From a virus (Duplodnaviria; Heunggongvirae; Uroviricota; Caudoviricetes): a stretch of DNA of 11,056 bases. Every line of letters begins with the position of its first letter. Position 1 is the stretch's first letter. The stretch covers positions 1 through 11,056 of the IMG/VR virus record IMGVR_UViG_2663763028_000004. One strand, given 5' to 3'. The notes beneath the pieces are model-generated. The model made no database searches. It saw only the letters and a program-made list of their open reading frames with translations, and had not been told where the DNA came from. Shown here piece after piece: positions 1-6,594 of the stretch. Position numbers and translations under genes: made by a program.

Positions 1-472
1 TAGTAAACATCCGTCGAGGACTGATGAACGGTCGCCAAATCAGCAGCATGGAGCCTTTGCTGTTTCCCTTCTTCTCCAGCCCCGTCGATGGTTCGATAAA
101 ATTAATCCGTCCATCAGTGATAATGCGAACTTCGTCGACACTCTCCAGAGCCTTGCTGAACCATCCGACTGACATATCCTCTGGCACAAGCATCACTACC
201 GTCTGTCGCTGTTGTATGCACTGCTCAGCGGCTTTTTCCACCCACGGCCTGATATTGCTGTACGGTGGGTTATTCCAGATTGCCCCGTGGCTTATCCACT
301 CAGAATTTAGCGCGTCGTCGGCCTCAGTTAGCCAGTGAGCACACAGAGCATTTTTGTCGCTCGCTGCCGAATCCAGCCAGAATCCAAACTCAATATCCAG
401 TGCATCAAAAAGCCAAAGCGGCGTTTGCCAGCAGTCCTTGTCGTGTGCTGGCGTATTTGATTTGATAGTCAT
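1..472 (-). CDS. Phage-type DNA N6-adenine methyltransferase (Dam family); C-terminal end lies beyond the window start
   Basis: Not in the ORF track (no stop in window). My own reverse-strand translation from ATG (complement of 470-472) gives MTIKSNTPAHDKDCWQTPLWLFDALDIEFGFWLDS...WNNPPYSNIRPW..., with the NPPY catalytic tetrapeptide of N6-adenine MTases. Start overlaps the ninB stop (ATGA). Confidence 0.75.
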   Translation of the reverse strand, partial: MTIKSNTPAHDKDCWQTPLWLFDALDIEFGFWLDSAASDKNALCAHWLTEADDALNSEWISHGAIWNNPPYSNIRPWVEKAAEQCIQQRQTVVMLVPEDMSVGWFSKALESVDEVRIITDGRINFIEPSTGLEKKGNSKGSMLLIWRPFISPRRMFT

Positions 473-909
473 GCTGCCCGATCTCCCCATCGCGCTTTCC
501 ATTCGAGAGCCAGTCGAGCTTCGTCTGACCACTTAACGCCACGCTCTGTACCGAATGCCTGTATAAGCTCTAATAGCTCCGCAAATTCGCTTACACGCAT
601 CCTGCTGGTTGACTGGCCTATTACCACAAAGCCATTCCCGGCAAGGTTAGGAACAACATCCTGCTGCTTTAATGCTGCGGTAAACACACACTTCCAGCTT
701 TCTGCATCCAGCCAGCGACCATGCCATTCAACCTGACGAGAGACGTCACCAAGGCAAGCCCAAAGCTTTCGATTCTGGTCTAAGCTGCGGTTGCGTTCCT
801 GAATGGTTACTACGATTGGTTTGGTTGGGTCTGGAAGAATTTGCTGTACTGCGTGAATAGCGTTTTGCTGATGTGCTGGAGATCGAATTTCAAAGGTTAG
901 TTTTTTCAT
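469..909 (-). CDS. ninB: NinB (Orf-family recombination mediator)
   Basis: Track ORF 469..927; translation from the internal Met (MKKLTFEIRSPAHQQNAIHAVQQILPDPTKP...) matches lambda NinB as I recall it. Start trimmed to 909 because a GGGAGAGAGGGAAG Shine-Dalgarno sits just upstream of that ATG. Confidence 0.88.
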   Translation of the reverse strand: MKKLTFEIRSPAHQQNAIHAVQQILPDPTKPIVVTIQERNRSLDQNRKLWACLGDVSRQVEWHGRWLDAESWKCVFTAALKQQDVVPNLAGNGFVVIGQSTSRMRVSEFAELLELIQAFGTERGVKWSDEARLALEWKARWGDRAA

Positions 910-924
910 GACTTCCCTCTCTCC

Positions 925-957
925 CAAATAAAAAGGCCTGCGATTATCAGCAGGCCT
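925..957 (-). terminator. Intrinsic terminator between helicase gene and ninB (tR2-like position)
   Basis: 8-bp perfect stem AGGCCTGC/GCAGGCCT (934-941 / 950-957) with 8-nt loop; on the minus strand it is followed by TTTTTATTT (complement of 925-933). Confidence 0.6.
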
Positions 958-982
958 GTTATTAACTCAGTGATGTAGATGG

Positions 983-2359
983 TCATACGTCAGCCCCTTG
1001 TGCATATCGTCTGCCACGCGCAGCAGGTGCATTTGATGCTGTGCAAATCTGTCTGGCTTCATCCTGGTCACACGCAACAAAGTGTCCGTTGCAGAACCGC
1101 TGGTAAACCGTACCAAGCGAGCCAAAACGGTTTTTCGTCACGATGATTTCAGCAAATGGCGCGGCGCTACTGTTCTCGTCATATACCGCTTCCCGATAGA
1201 GCATGATGATTGAGTCTGCGTCCTGCTCAATGCTTCCTGAATCACGCAAATCTGCGTTTGTCGGGCGTTTATTTGGTCGCTTCTCAACATCGCGCGAAAG
1301 CTGACTCAGGGAGATAACAGACGTTTTCAGGTCTTTCGCCATCGCCTTCAGGCTTCCGGAGATGTGAGCAATTGCAAGGTCGTTGCGGTCTGCTTTCGGC
1401 TTCTCAATCAGGCCAAGATAATCCGCCATGATGAGTGACAGGTTTGGATTTTCCTGTTTGTGCCGTTCTGCGATTGAGCGTATTTCTTCGACCGATAACC
1501 GCGATGCATCGACTACCCATACATCCAAATCTGCAAGCTGACTCATGCCGTTAGCAACACGCGCCCAGCCTTCGTCATCCATCGATGCAGGATTTCGCAG
1601 CACGCTAACCGACATCCTCCCGGCGTTGGCAATGCTCCGCTCTGCAATCTGCAATGCGCTCATTTCCATTGAGAAAATCAATACTCCGCGCCGGACGTCA
1701 GAACCAGGAATAACGCGGCTTGCAACACCTTCGGCAATCTTCAGCGCCAGTTCGGTTTTCCCCATACCAGGACGAGCGGCGATAATCACCAGGTCTTCCG
1801 CGTTCATCCCTCCGGTGATAGCGTCAAGTTCTTCGATTCCGGTCTTCAGGGTATCGGACTCTTCTCCGTTCCTCAGACGCCTGTCAAGCGTGTCAGTGTA
1901 GTCAGTGATGATTTCACCTAACCGTACAGGTTTAACCTCGTCACGGGGCTTTCTGATGGCTGAGAGACGCTTTACAAGCTCATCCATCGCCTGACTCGAT
2001 GCGTCGATGGTTCCGCTCTGAATTGGTTCACGCATTTCGTCCATGATTTCCAGCACCAGACGGCGGTGATAGTTATCCGCGACCATTCCGGCATATCCCT
2101 TCAGGTTTGCGGCACTCGGGCAGTTTTTGCTGGTCATCAGGATTGACGTGAAATGCTCCTCTCCGCACGCCTCGGCAACCATCAGCGCATCGATTAGGTT
2201 TCTGTTTCTCGCCTGCTTGCGGATAACCTCGAAGGCTTTCCGGTAGAGTGGAATTGAAAACGCTTCCGGATCCAGCGTTGCCAGAACGTCGCTGGCGGTT
2301 GGTGTTAATCCACCAATCAGCAGGCCACCGATAACGCTCGCTTCGATATCCTGTCTCAT
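983..2359 (-). CDS. Replicative DNA helicase, DnaB family (phage P22 gene 12-type), replacing lambda P
   Basis: 458-aa track ORF; Walker A ARPGMGKT, Walker B-like LIMADYLGL, DnaB-like N-terminal domain. AGGGGGA RBS upstream; start overlaps the stop of the upstream O-like gene (ATGA). Confidence 0.9.
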   Translation of the reverse strand: MRQDIEASVIGGLLIGGLTPTASDVLATLDPEAFSIPLYRKAFEVIRKQARNRNLIDALMVAEACGEEHFTSILMTSKNCPSAANLKGYAGMVADNYHRRLVLEIMDEMREPIQSGTIDASSQAMDELVKRLSAIRKPRDEVKPVRLGEIITDYTDTLDRRLRNGEESDTLKTGIEELDAITGGMNAEDLVIIAARPGMGKTELALKIAEGVASRVIPGSDVRRGVLIFSMEMSALQIAERSIANAGRMSVSVLRNPASMDDEGWARVANGMSQLADLDVWVVDASRLSVEEIRSIAERHKQENPNLSLIMADYLGLIEKPKADRNDLAIAHISGSLKAMAKDLKTSVISLSQLSRDVEKRPNKRPTNADLRDSGSIEQDADSIIMLYREAVYDENSSAAPFAEIIVTKNRFGSLGTVYQRFCNGHFVACDQDEARQICTASNAPAARGRRYAQGADV

Positions 2360-3186
2360 GCAATCCCCCTGTCTGCAAACTTCCCTTCCCGTACTCCCGT
2401 TAACGAATCTTCCCTCAGCAGGTAATCAAAATCGGCCGTCCAGCCCGTGTCGTTGTCTCCGAAGTAAAACGGCTTGGCCTGATGCACAAACGCCCTGACA
2501 TACGCTCTGAAACCGTCCACGTTTGGCGTTTTCAGTTGCGGGATGATTTTCTTCAGGCGGCGTTTGCGTTTCTCGTTGACCGCAACAGCATGTGGAAGTC
2601 TGTCACCGACTTCGGTGTTGTAGGCGTTCAGGAAGGATTCGTAGTCGATTCGTTCTGCCTTGCGACGTTCAGGTTTAACCTGCCCATCGCCGCCCCCGTT
2701 AGGGGGTAAGGGGGTATTTGTATTTATTGTCTTTTGTATATTGTCTTTTGTGTTTGACTGATTCGGTAAATTGCTTTTTACCGATTTGGTGAAGGTTTGT
2801 TTTACCGAATTGGTAAATGTTTTACCGAATCCGTTAACTTTCGTTTTCCACTCGGAAATGTTTGTATTCATACCAACTTGACGCCCCACCTGAATGAGAA
2901 CTCCCATTCTGATAAGCTCGTTTTTGGCGGTAGAGCATTTGGTTGGTGCCATGCCAGTGAGTTCAGCGAACTGTTCGTTTCCGATCCAATCTATTTTTTT
3001 GTTGTAACCGTATGTCTTGCGCCACACAGCCATAACAATCAGTAACTGATGTAGAGTAAGTCCAGAAAGCATGGCGGCTTCTAACAGTGTGTTTGCAGTC
3101 CGAGTGTAGCCATCTTCGAGTTCTGCCACGCGATGCTCCACGACCTCCAGTTGAGGCCTGTAATCAGCTAACTTAACGACGCCCAT
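2356..3186 (-). CDS. O: Replication initiator, lambda O family (replisome organiser)
   Basis: 276-aa track ORF; N-terminal domain ([32 protein letters not shown]) resembles lambda O as I recall it. Low-complexity central linker ([15 protein letters not shown]) is encoded by the iteron array. Confidence 0.85.
   Translation of the reverse strand: MGVVKLADYRPQLEVVEHRVAELEDGYTRTANTLLEAAMLSGLTLHQLLIVMAVWRKTYGYNKKIDWIGNEQFAELTGMAPTKCSTAKNELIRMGVLIQVGRQVGMNTNISEWKTKVNGFGKTFTNSVKQTFTKSVKSNLPNQSNTKDNIQKTINTNTPLPPNGGGDGQVKPERRKAERIDYESFLNAYNTEVGDRLPHAVAVNEKRKRRLKKIIPQLKTPNVDGFRAYVRAFVHQAKPFYFGDNDTGWTADFDYLLREDSLTGVREGKFADRGIA
2715..2838. repeat. Probable replication origin inside the O-like gene: iterons plus AT-rich tract
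   Basis: Three direct copies of GTTTTACCGA(A/T)T starting near 2774, 2799 and 2819, one inverted copy (ATTCGGTAAA, 2761-2770), and an adjacent T-rich tract with tandem ATTGTCTTTTGT (2726-2750). Relative to O transcription the order is iterons then AT-rich tract, as in ori-lambda. Confidence 0.7.
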
Positions 3187-3334
3187 GTTTCACTCCTGCT
3201 TTGGCTAGTCTGTAAACACCAACAAGGCGCTCTGCGAACGCCCTGTTATTTGCTGCGGCTACCACTAATCCCTCAGGTGAATCAGGGTGTCGAATCTCTT
3301 CTTTTTCCTGGTATTTCTTACGACGTTTTGTCAT
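3173..3334 (-). CDS. Hypothetical small basic protein (53 aa) between cII and O
   Basis: Not in track (<60 aa). My translation: [59 protein letters not shown] Shine-Dalgarno 5 nt upstream; 3' end overlaps the O start. Confidence 0.4.
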   Translation of the reverse strand: MTKRRKKYQEKEEIRHPDSPEGLVVAAANNRAFAERLVGVYRLAKAGVKHGRR

Positions 3335-3344
3335 AATTACTCCT

Positions 3345-3421
3345 GTGGATTGATCCAGTAATTCCCTCAGAATTGCATATCAATTTGCTTAAAATCCTCG
3401 GTGGCGGCCGGGGATTTTTTC
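3345..3421 (+). ncRNA. oop-like antisense RNA overlapping the 3' end of cII (coordinates estimated)
   Basis: Extended -10 promoter TG-T-CATAAT (3329-3337) on the plus strand; plus-strand terminator hairpin CCTCGG/CCGGGG (3396-3413) followed by TTTTTT, inside and antisense to the cII 3' end. Same arrangement as pO/oop in lambda. Confidence 0.4.
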
Positions 3422-3663
3422 TTTGTGATTTCATCAAGCGCATACTTAAAAGCCCTGCTAATCGGACTGATGTCTGATGCCATTCCGAAAGCACACAAGA
3501 CCGAAGCAATAAATCTCCAGTCCGTTCTGCTTATCTTCGATTCATGACAGCCAATCATCTTTGCCAGACCGCGCTGTGTAAGCGTTGACAGGTTGATGAG
3601 TAAATCTGTTTCTGCGCGATCAACGTCGCGCTGTGATAGTTTGCTGTAACTTGTTTGTTCCAT
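3367..3663 (-). CDS. cII: CII-family transcriptional activator
   Basis: 98-aa track ORF in the canonical position downstream of cro and nutR; helix-turn-helix-like segment (GLAKMIGCHESKISR). Its start codon abuts a TTGC-N6-TTGT element, as in lambda. Confidence 0.8.
   Translation of the reverse strand: MEQTSYSKLSQRDVDRAETDLLINLSTLTQRGLAKMIGCHESKISRTDWRFIASVLCAFGMASDISPISRAFKYALDEITKKKSPAATEDFKQIDMQF
3394..3421 (+). terminator. Intrinsic terminator of the antisense RNA (tO-like), with bidirectional character
   Basis: 6-bp stem with one G-U pair, 6-nt loop, then a T6 run (3415-3420); A-run on the 5' side. Confidence 0.55.
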
Positions 3664-3673
3664 TTCTTACTAT
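3641..3673 (+). promoter_or_regulatory. pRE-like CII-activated promoter
   Basis: TTGC-tgtaac-TTGT-ttgttc-CAT (3641-3663) has the same spacing as lambda pRE (TTGC-N6-TTGC-N6-CAT, where CAT is the reverse of the cII ATG); candidate -10 TACTAT at 3668-3673 points toward cro/cI on the plus strand. Confidence 0.55.
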
Positions 3674-3697
3674 TTCCATGGGTAAATAATCACTAAT

Positions 3698-3715
3698 ACT
3701 CATCTTTCGATGAGT
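3698..3715 (-). terminator. tR1-position hairpin (7-bp stem, GAAA loop); terminator function uncertain
   Basis: ACTCATC-GAAA-GATGAGT on the minus strand between nutR and the cII RBS; no strong U-tract follows, so Rho-dependent or merely structural. Confidence 0.3.
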
Positions 3716-3727
3716 GCTTAATTAGTT

Positions 3728-3762
3728 ACCGCGTTGTCGGCGGTGCAGATTGATAAAGAGCG
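3728..3762 (-). promoter_or_regulatory. nutR (boxA + boxB)
   Basis: Minus-strand boxA CGCTCTTTA (complement of 3754-3762) directly after the cro stop; boxB hairpin ACCGC-CGACAAC-GCGGT (complement of 3728-3744) with a GACAA-containing loop, as in P22-type boxB. Confidence 0.65.
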
Positions 3763-3769
3763 GTGTTAC

Positions 3770-3997
3770 TTATGCAGCCAGAAGGTTCTTTTTGCTTATT
3801 TCAAGCATTTCGCTTGCTTGATATTTGCCACCAGAAATCTCTTCGATTTTTGATGCGTATTTAGTTTTCCCAAAAAACTCAGTCTTAGGGAGGAAGCCGT
3901 TTTTGAGCCACTTATAGACAGCCCTTTCGCTAACTCCACAAGCCTTCGCAACTTCAGGGATGCCGACACCTTTAATCGGCTCATCAAGATTTTGCAT
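3770..3997 (-). CDS. cro: Cro-like repressor (HTH)
   Basis: 75-aa track ORF transcribed divergently from cI across the operator region; HTH-like segment GIPEVAKACGVSERAVYKWL; AAGGA RBS 7 nt upstream. Confidence 0.8.
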   Translation of the reverse strand: MQNLDEPIKGVGIPEVAKACGVSERAVYKWLKNGFLPKTEFFGKTKYASKIEEISGGKYQASEMLEISKKNLLAA

Positions 3998-4075
3998 AGG
4001 AATATCCTTTTTCGTACTTTCAGTACGTATTATGGTTGAACTGAAAGTTTTTGCAAGTGCTTTAGTATCGTACTC
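3998..4075. promoter_or_regulatory. OR operator region with divergent pR and pRM
   Basis: pR candidate on the minus strand: -35 TTGCAA (4051-4056), -10 CATAAT (complement of 4029-4034). pRM candidate -10 TAGTAT (4063-4068) ends 8 nt before the cI ATG. Dyad elements: CGTAC-N5-GTACG (4013-4027); 9-mer ACTTTCAGT (4016-4024) with inverted copy ACTGAAAGT (4040-4048) flanking the pR -10; CGTAC again at 4069-4073. Confidence 0.65.
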
Positions 4076-4783
4076 ATGGTTCAGAATGAAAAAGTGCGCA
4101 AAGAATTCGCCCAGCGGCTAGCGCAAGCCTGTAAAGAAGCTGGTCTTGATGAACATGGTAGGGGGATGGCCATAGCCCGTGCCCTTTCTCTTTCGTCCAA
4201 AGGCGTTAGCAAATGGTTTAATGCTGAGTCTTTACCGCGTCAGGAAAAAATGAATGCGCTTGCGAAATTTCTAAACGTTGATGTTGTTTGGCTTCAGCAC
4301 GGCACTTCGTTAAATGGAGCGAATGATGAAGATACTCTTTCATTTGTTGGCAAATTAAAAAAAGGGTTAGTGCGCGTGGTTGGTGAGGCAATTCTTGGTG
4401 TTGATGGTGCCATCGAGATGACCGAAGAGCGCGATGGGTGGCTCAAAATTTATAGCGATGATCCAGATGCCTTTGGTCTTCGTGTGAAAGGAGACAGCAT
4501 GTGGCCTAGAATAAAATCAGGAGAATATGTACTCATTGAGCCTAACACCAAAGTATTCCCGGGTGATGAGGTGTTTGTCAGAACTGTTGAAGGACACAAC
4601 ATGATCAAAGTTCTTGGCTATGACAGAGACGGAGAATACCAATTTACAAGCATCAACCAGGACCACAGGCCAATAACGTTGCCTTATCATCAAGTAGCAA
4701 AGGTGGAGTATGTGGCTGGTATTCTGAAGCAATCTCGCCATCTGGATGACATCGAGGCAAGGGAGTGGCTGAAAAGTTCGTGA
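4076..4783 (+). CDS. cI: CI repressor (N-terminal HTH, C-terminal LexA-like S24 autopeptidase domain)
   Basis: 235-aa track ORF; C-terminal GDSMWP motif and a Lys about 40 residues later (S24 Ser-Lys dyad pattern); no Shine-Dalgarno before the ATG. Confidence 0.9.
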   Translation: MVQNEKVRKEFAQRLAQACKEAGLDEHGRGMAIARALSLSSKGVSKWFNAESLPRQEKMNALAKFLNVDVVWLQHGTSLNGANDEDTLSFVGKLKKGLVRVVGEAILGVDGAIEMTEERDGWLKIYSDDPDAFGLRVKGDSMWPRIKSGEYVLIEPNTKVFPGDEVFVRTVEGHNMIKVLGYDRDGEYQFTSINQDHRPITLPYHQVAKVEYVAGILKQSRHLDDIEAREWLKSS

Positions 4784-4843
4784 CTTCATCGTCACATAGC
4801 TGGTAACCAGTGGCCTGAAGAGACGTTTGGGTAAAGAGGATAG

Positions 4844-5097
4844 ATGGAGTTTAATGGCCATGAGTATCAAGCGGTCAAAAAGAAGTTCATCTATTCATTG
4901 AAAGCATAAGGCCATCTGAGTATATCCGTAATGATCTGGATATTGTCTATAACATCAATGACCGGACGATAGATATCGGTGAGCAGCGTCCTGTATGGCA
5001 GGGTGAGGCAGGTGAAAAAACGTCCTGCCATCAACAAGAATCAAGTGCATCCGCTCTCTGGACAGATGGAAAATTTATTGGATGCAAAAAGATATGA
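4844..5097 (+). pseudogene. Frameshift-split reading frame (about 84 codons if joined) downstream of cI
   Basis: ATG at 4844 with AAGAGGA RBS opens a 21-codon ORF (MEFNGHEYQAVKKKFIYSLKA). The -1 frame is open for 78 codons (4864-5097) with no ATG/GTG/TTG in frame. The two overlap at an A5 run (4877-4881) in the context C-AAA-AAG. Confidence 0.3.
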
Positions 5098-5207
5098 AAT
5101 AACACCTGTATAGCACGGAGCTTTCTCTGACCGATGCACTTGAAGTTGTTAGGGCTGACCCAGCCTGCTGTTTCTTTAGGTAAGAGAAAAGAGATTTAGG
5201 AGATGAA

Positions 5208-5235
5208 AGGTCGCAGAGGTGCGGCCTTTTTTATT
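5208..5235 (+). terminator. Intrinsic terminator downstream of the cI transcription unit
   Basis: 8-bp stem AGGTCGCA/TGCGGCCT (one G-U pair) with GAGG loop, followed by T-rich tract (5228-5235). Confidence 0.6.
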
Positions 5236-5335
5236 GAGAGTGGATCTTGAACGGAAATTCTCAAGACTTGAGTCTTACATGCAAATCAATTCCTGGATAA
5301 ACTCGATCTGAGTCAATAACTTAGAGAGAGAGCAA

Positions 5336-5857
5336 ATGGCAAAGTCAAACGTTAGCGTGCAGGCATTCAAGGACTTCCTTGAAGAGCTTATGTCGCTGAA
5401 CATAATGAAGGAGGCCACCGCTCGAAATTTAAAAAACTCATCCGCTCGCCTCTTAACGGTAGTCCAAGAAGAGGAAATGGGTGATGTTACTCAGCTTGAT
5501 GTGAATGAGCTTGCCGAGCGATACATCAACGCAACTGAGCCGAAGCCTAGCGACAGCAGCATTACTGCATATAAAAGCCGCATGGAAAGTGCAATCAAAA
5601 AGTTTGTAGCTTTCCAGTCTGGTGAAGAAATCCCATACACTCCGATTGACAAAGAATCCAGTGAGGAAAAAGATTTGACTGGCGAACCAACAAAAGTCGA
5701 AGGCAAGGCTAATGCACTTCATACCTATGATCTTCCAGTAGTTCTTCGACCTGAATCAGGGGTTACAGTAACGATTAAAGGCATTCCTAACGATATCACA
5801 AACGAAGAAGCCGAACGCATCTCTTCAATTCTGAAGGTTTACGTTCGGCCTCAATAA
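5336..5857 (+). CDS. Hypothetical acidic protein (173 aa), moron in the cI-pL interval; family not recognised
   Basis: Track ORF with purine-rich RBS (AGAGAGAGAGCAA-ATG). Same strand as cI, but separated from it by a terminator and followed by one. No hydrophobic segment and no motif I can assign. Confidence 0.7.
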   Translation: MAKSNVSVQAFKDFLEELMSLNIMKEATARNLKNSSARLLTVVQEEEMGDVTQLDVNELAERYINATEPKPSDSSITAYKSRMESAIKKFVAFQSGEEIPYTPIDKESSEEKDLTGEPTKVEGKANALHTYDLPVVLRPESGVTVTIKGIPNDITNEEAERISSILKVYVRPQ

Positions 5858-6030
5858 TGCAAAAGCATTCAGCACAATGTCCAACTCCCCAGTCCGACAT
5901 TGATGCTGTTTAACCAGAGCCTCCAAAAGGAGCCCTTGTTAAGGTACACAATATTTGCGATGTAACCTTAGCGCGTCTGGTACATTTTTTCAAGCGGTTG
6001 TAGGGCTGCCGCCAATATGAGAAAACACAG

Positions 6031-6153
6031 ATGTCTACATACAATTTGAATGACCAATTCGATCGAGAAGTTCATGTGAATGCCTATGAACGGATAAGGT
6101 ATGGAAATCTTGAACATGTGTGTGAGCATTATCGCTCAAGGCCACACCGCTAA
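6031..6153 (+). CDS. Hypothetical 40-aa ORF ending 8 nt before a terminator
   Basis: My translation: MSTYNLNDQFDREVHVNAYERIRYGNLEHVCEHYRSRPHR. Weak Shine-Dalgarno (GAGAAAA); supported mainly by position. Confidence 0.25.
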   Translation: MSTYNLNDQFDREVHVNAYERIRYGNLEHVCEHYRSRPHR

Positions 6154-6160
6154 TCATCAA

Positions 6161-6186
6161 CCCGGCCTCAGCGCCGGGTTTTCTTT
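6161..6186 (+). terminator. Intrinsic terminator closing the moron unit upstream of pL
   Basis: Perfect 6-bp stem CCCGGC/GCCGGG with 6-nt loop, followed by TTTTCTTT. Confidence 0.6.
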
Positions 6187-6352
6187 GCCTCACGATCGCC
6201 CCCCATATTTAATAGCCGAAAATGTGGTAAACCGCGAACCAACTCACCAGCAATACCCCCTTCAACTACAGACCAATCTGCAGCATTTACAAAAATAAAT
6301 TTCCTTATATATCAAAATCATATCTCGAAGCATTAATAAACCACAAAATTTT

Positions 6353-6400
6353 CGTACCAATAGTTCTTGATAATATCGAACTATTGGTTCATTATTGTCA
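6353..6400 (+). promoter_or_regulatory. pL/OL candidate region
   Basis: Perfect 11-bp-arm inverted repeat ACCAATAGTTC-N11-GAACTATTGGT (6356-6388); candidate -35 TTGATA (6367-6372) and -10 CATTAT (6390-6395) with 17-bp spacing; CGTAC motif (6353-6357) shared with OR; sits about 40 nt upstream of nutL. Confidence 0.4.
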
Positions 6401-6441
6401 CGTCAGCAGGAAGCTGGAAGCCAAACGGAACAGATTGGCAG

Positions 6442-6475
6442 GCTCTTTAACTTCGATGGGGCGCTGACAAAGCGC
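6442..6475 (+). promoter_or_regulatory. nutL (boxA + boxB)
   Basis: boxA-like GCTCTTTAA (6442-6450) and boxB GCGCTGACAAAGCGC (6461-6475), which matches the P22 boxB sequence as I recall it; lies in the N leader. Confidence 0.7.
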
Positions 6476-6594
6476 AAACAGATACCAAACGAGATGGGTT
6501 TGTCGGTGATGTGAATTGCAGCTGCAACGACAGCAACCAGAAGATCAGCACCTGGCGCATCACCACCAAAGCCATTTCACATGAGGAAAACATC

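Noticed and set aside
24-536. Three overlapping plus-strand track ORFs (24..338, 265..465, 354..536)
   Set aside because: They lie antisense to an uninterrupted minus-strand frame carrying a Dam methyltransferase NPPY motif and a start coupled to ninB; the plus-strand products are low-complexity with no RBS support.
1545-3045. Track ORFs inside the helicase and O genes on either strand (1545..1901 +, 2073..2378 -, 2482..2709 +, 2797..3045 +)
   Set aside because: Shadow frames within well-supported genes; the last two are created by the iteron and low-complexity region of the O-like gene.
3318-3987. Alternative-frame track ORFs 3318..3509 (-) and 3796..3987 (-)
   Set aside because: Out-of-frame overlaps of cII and cro with no independent start signals.
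4517-4870. 117-aa minus-strand ORF overlapping the 3' half of cI
   Set aside because: Antisense to the S24 peptidase domain of cI, no RBS, Leu/Ser-rich composition typical of a shadow ORF.
5196-5250. 15-codon ORF (MKGRRGAAFFIESGS) overlapping the 5208-5235 terminator hairpin, considered as a leader-peptide attenuator
   Set aside because: The GGAG directly abuts the ATG (spacing about 0-1 nt), so ribosome loading is doubtful; the simpler reading is a plain terminator.
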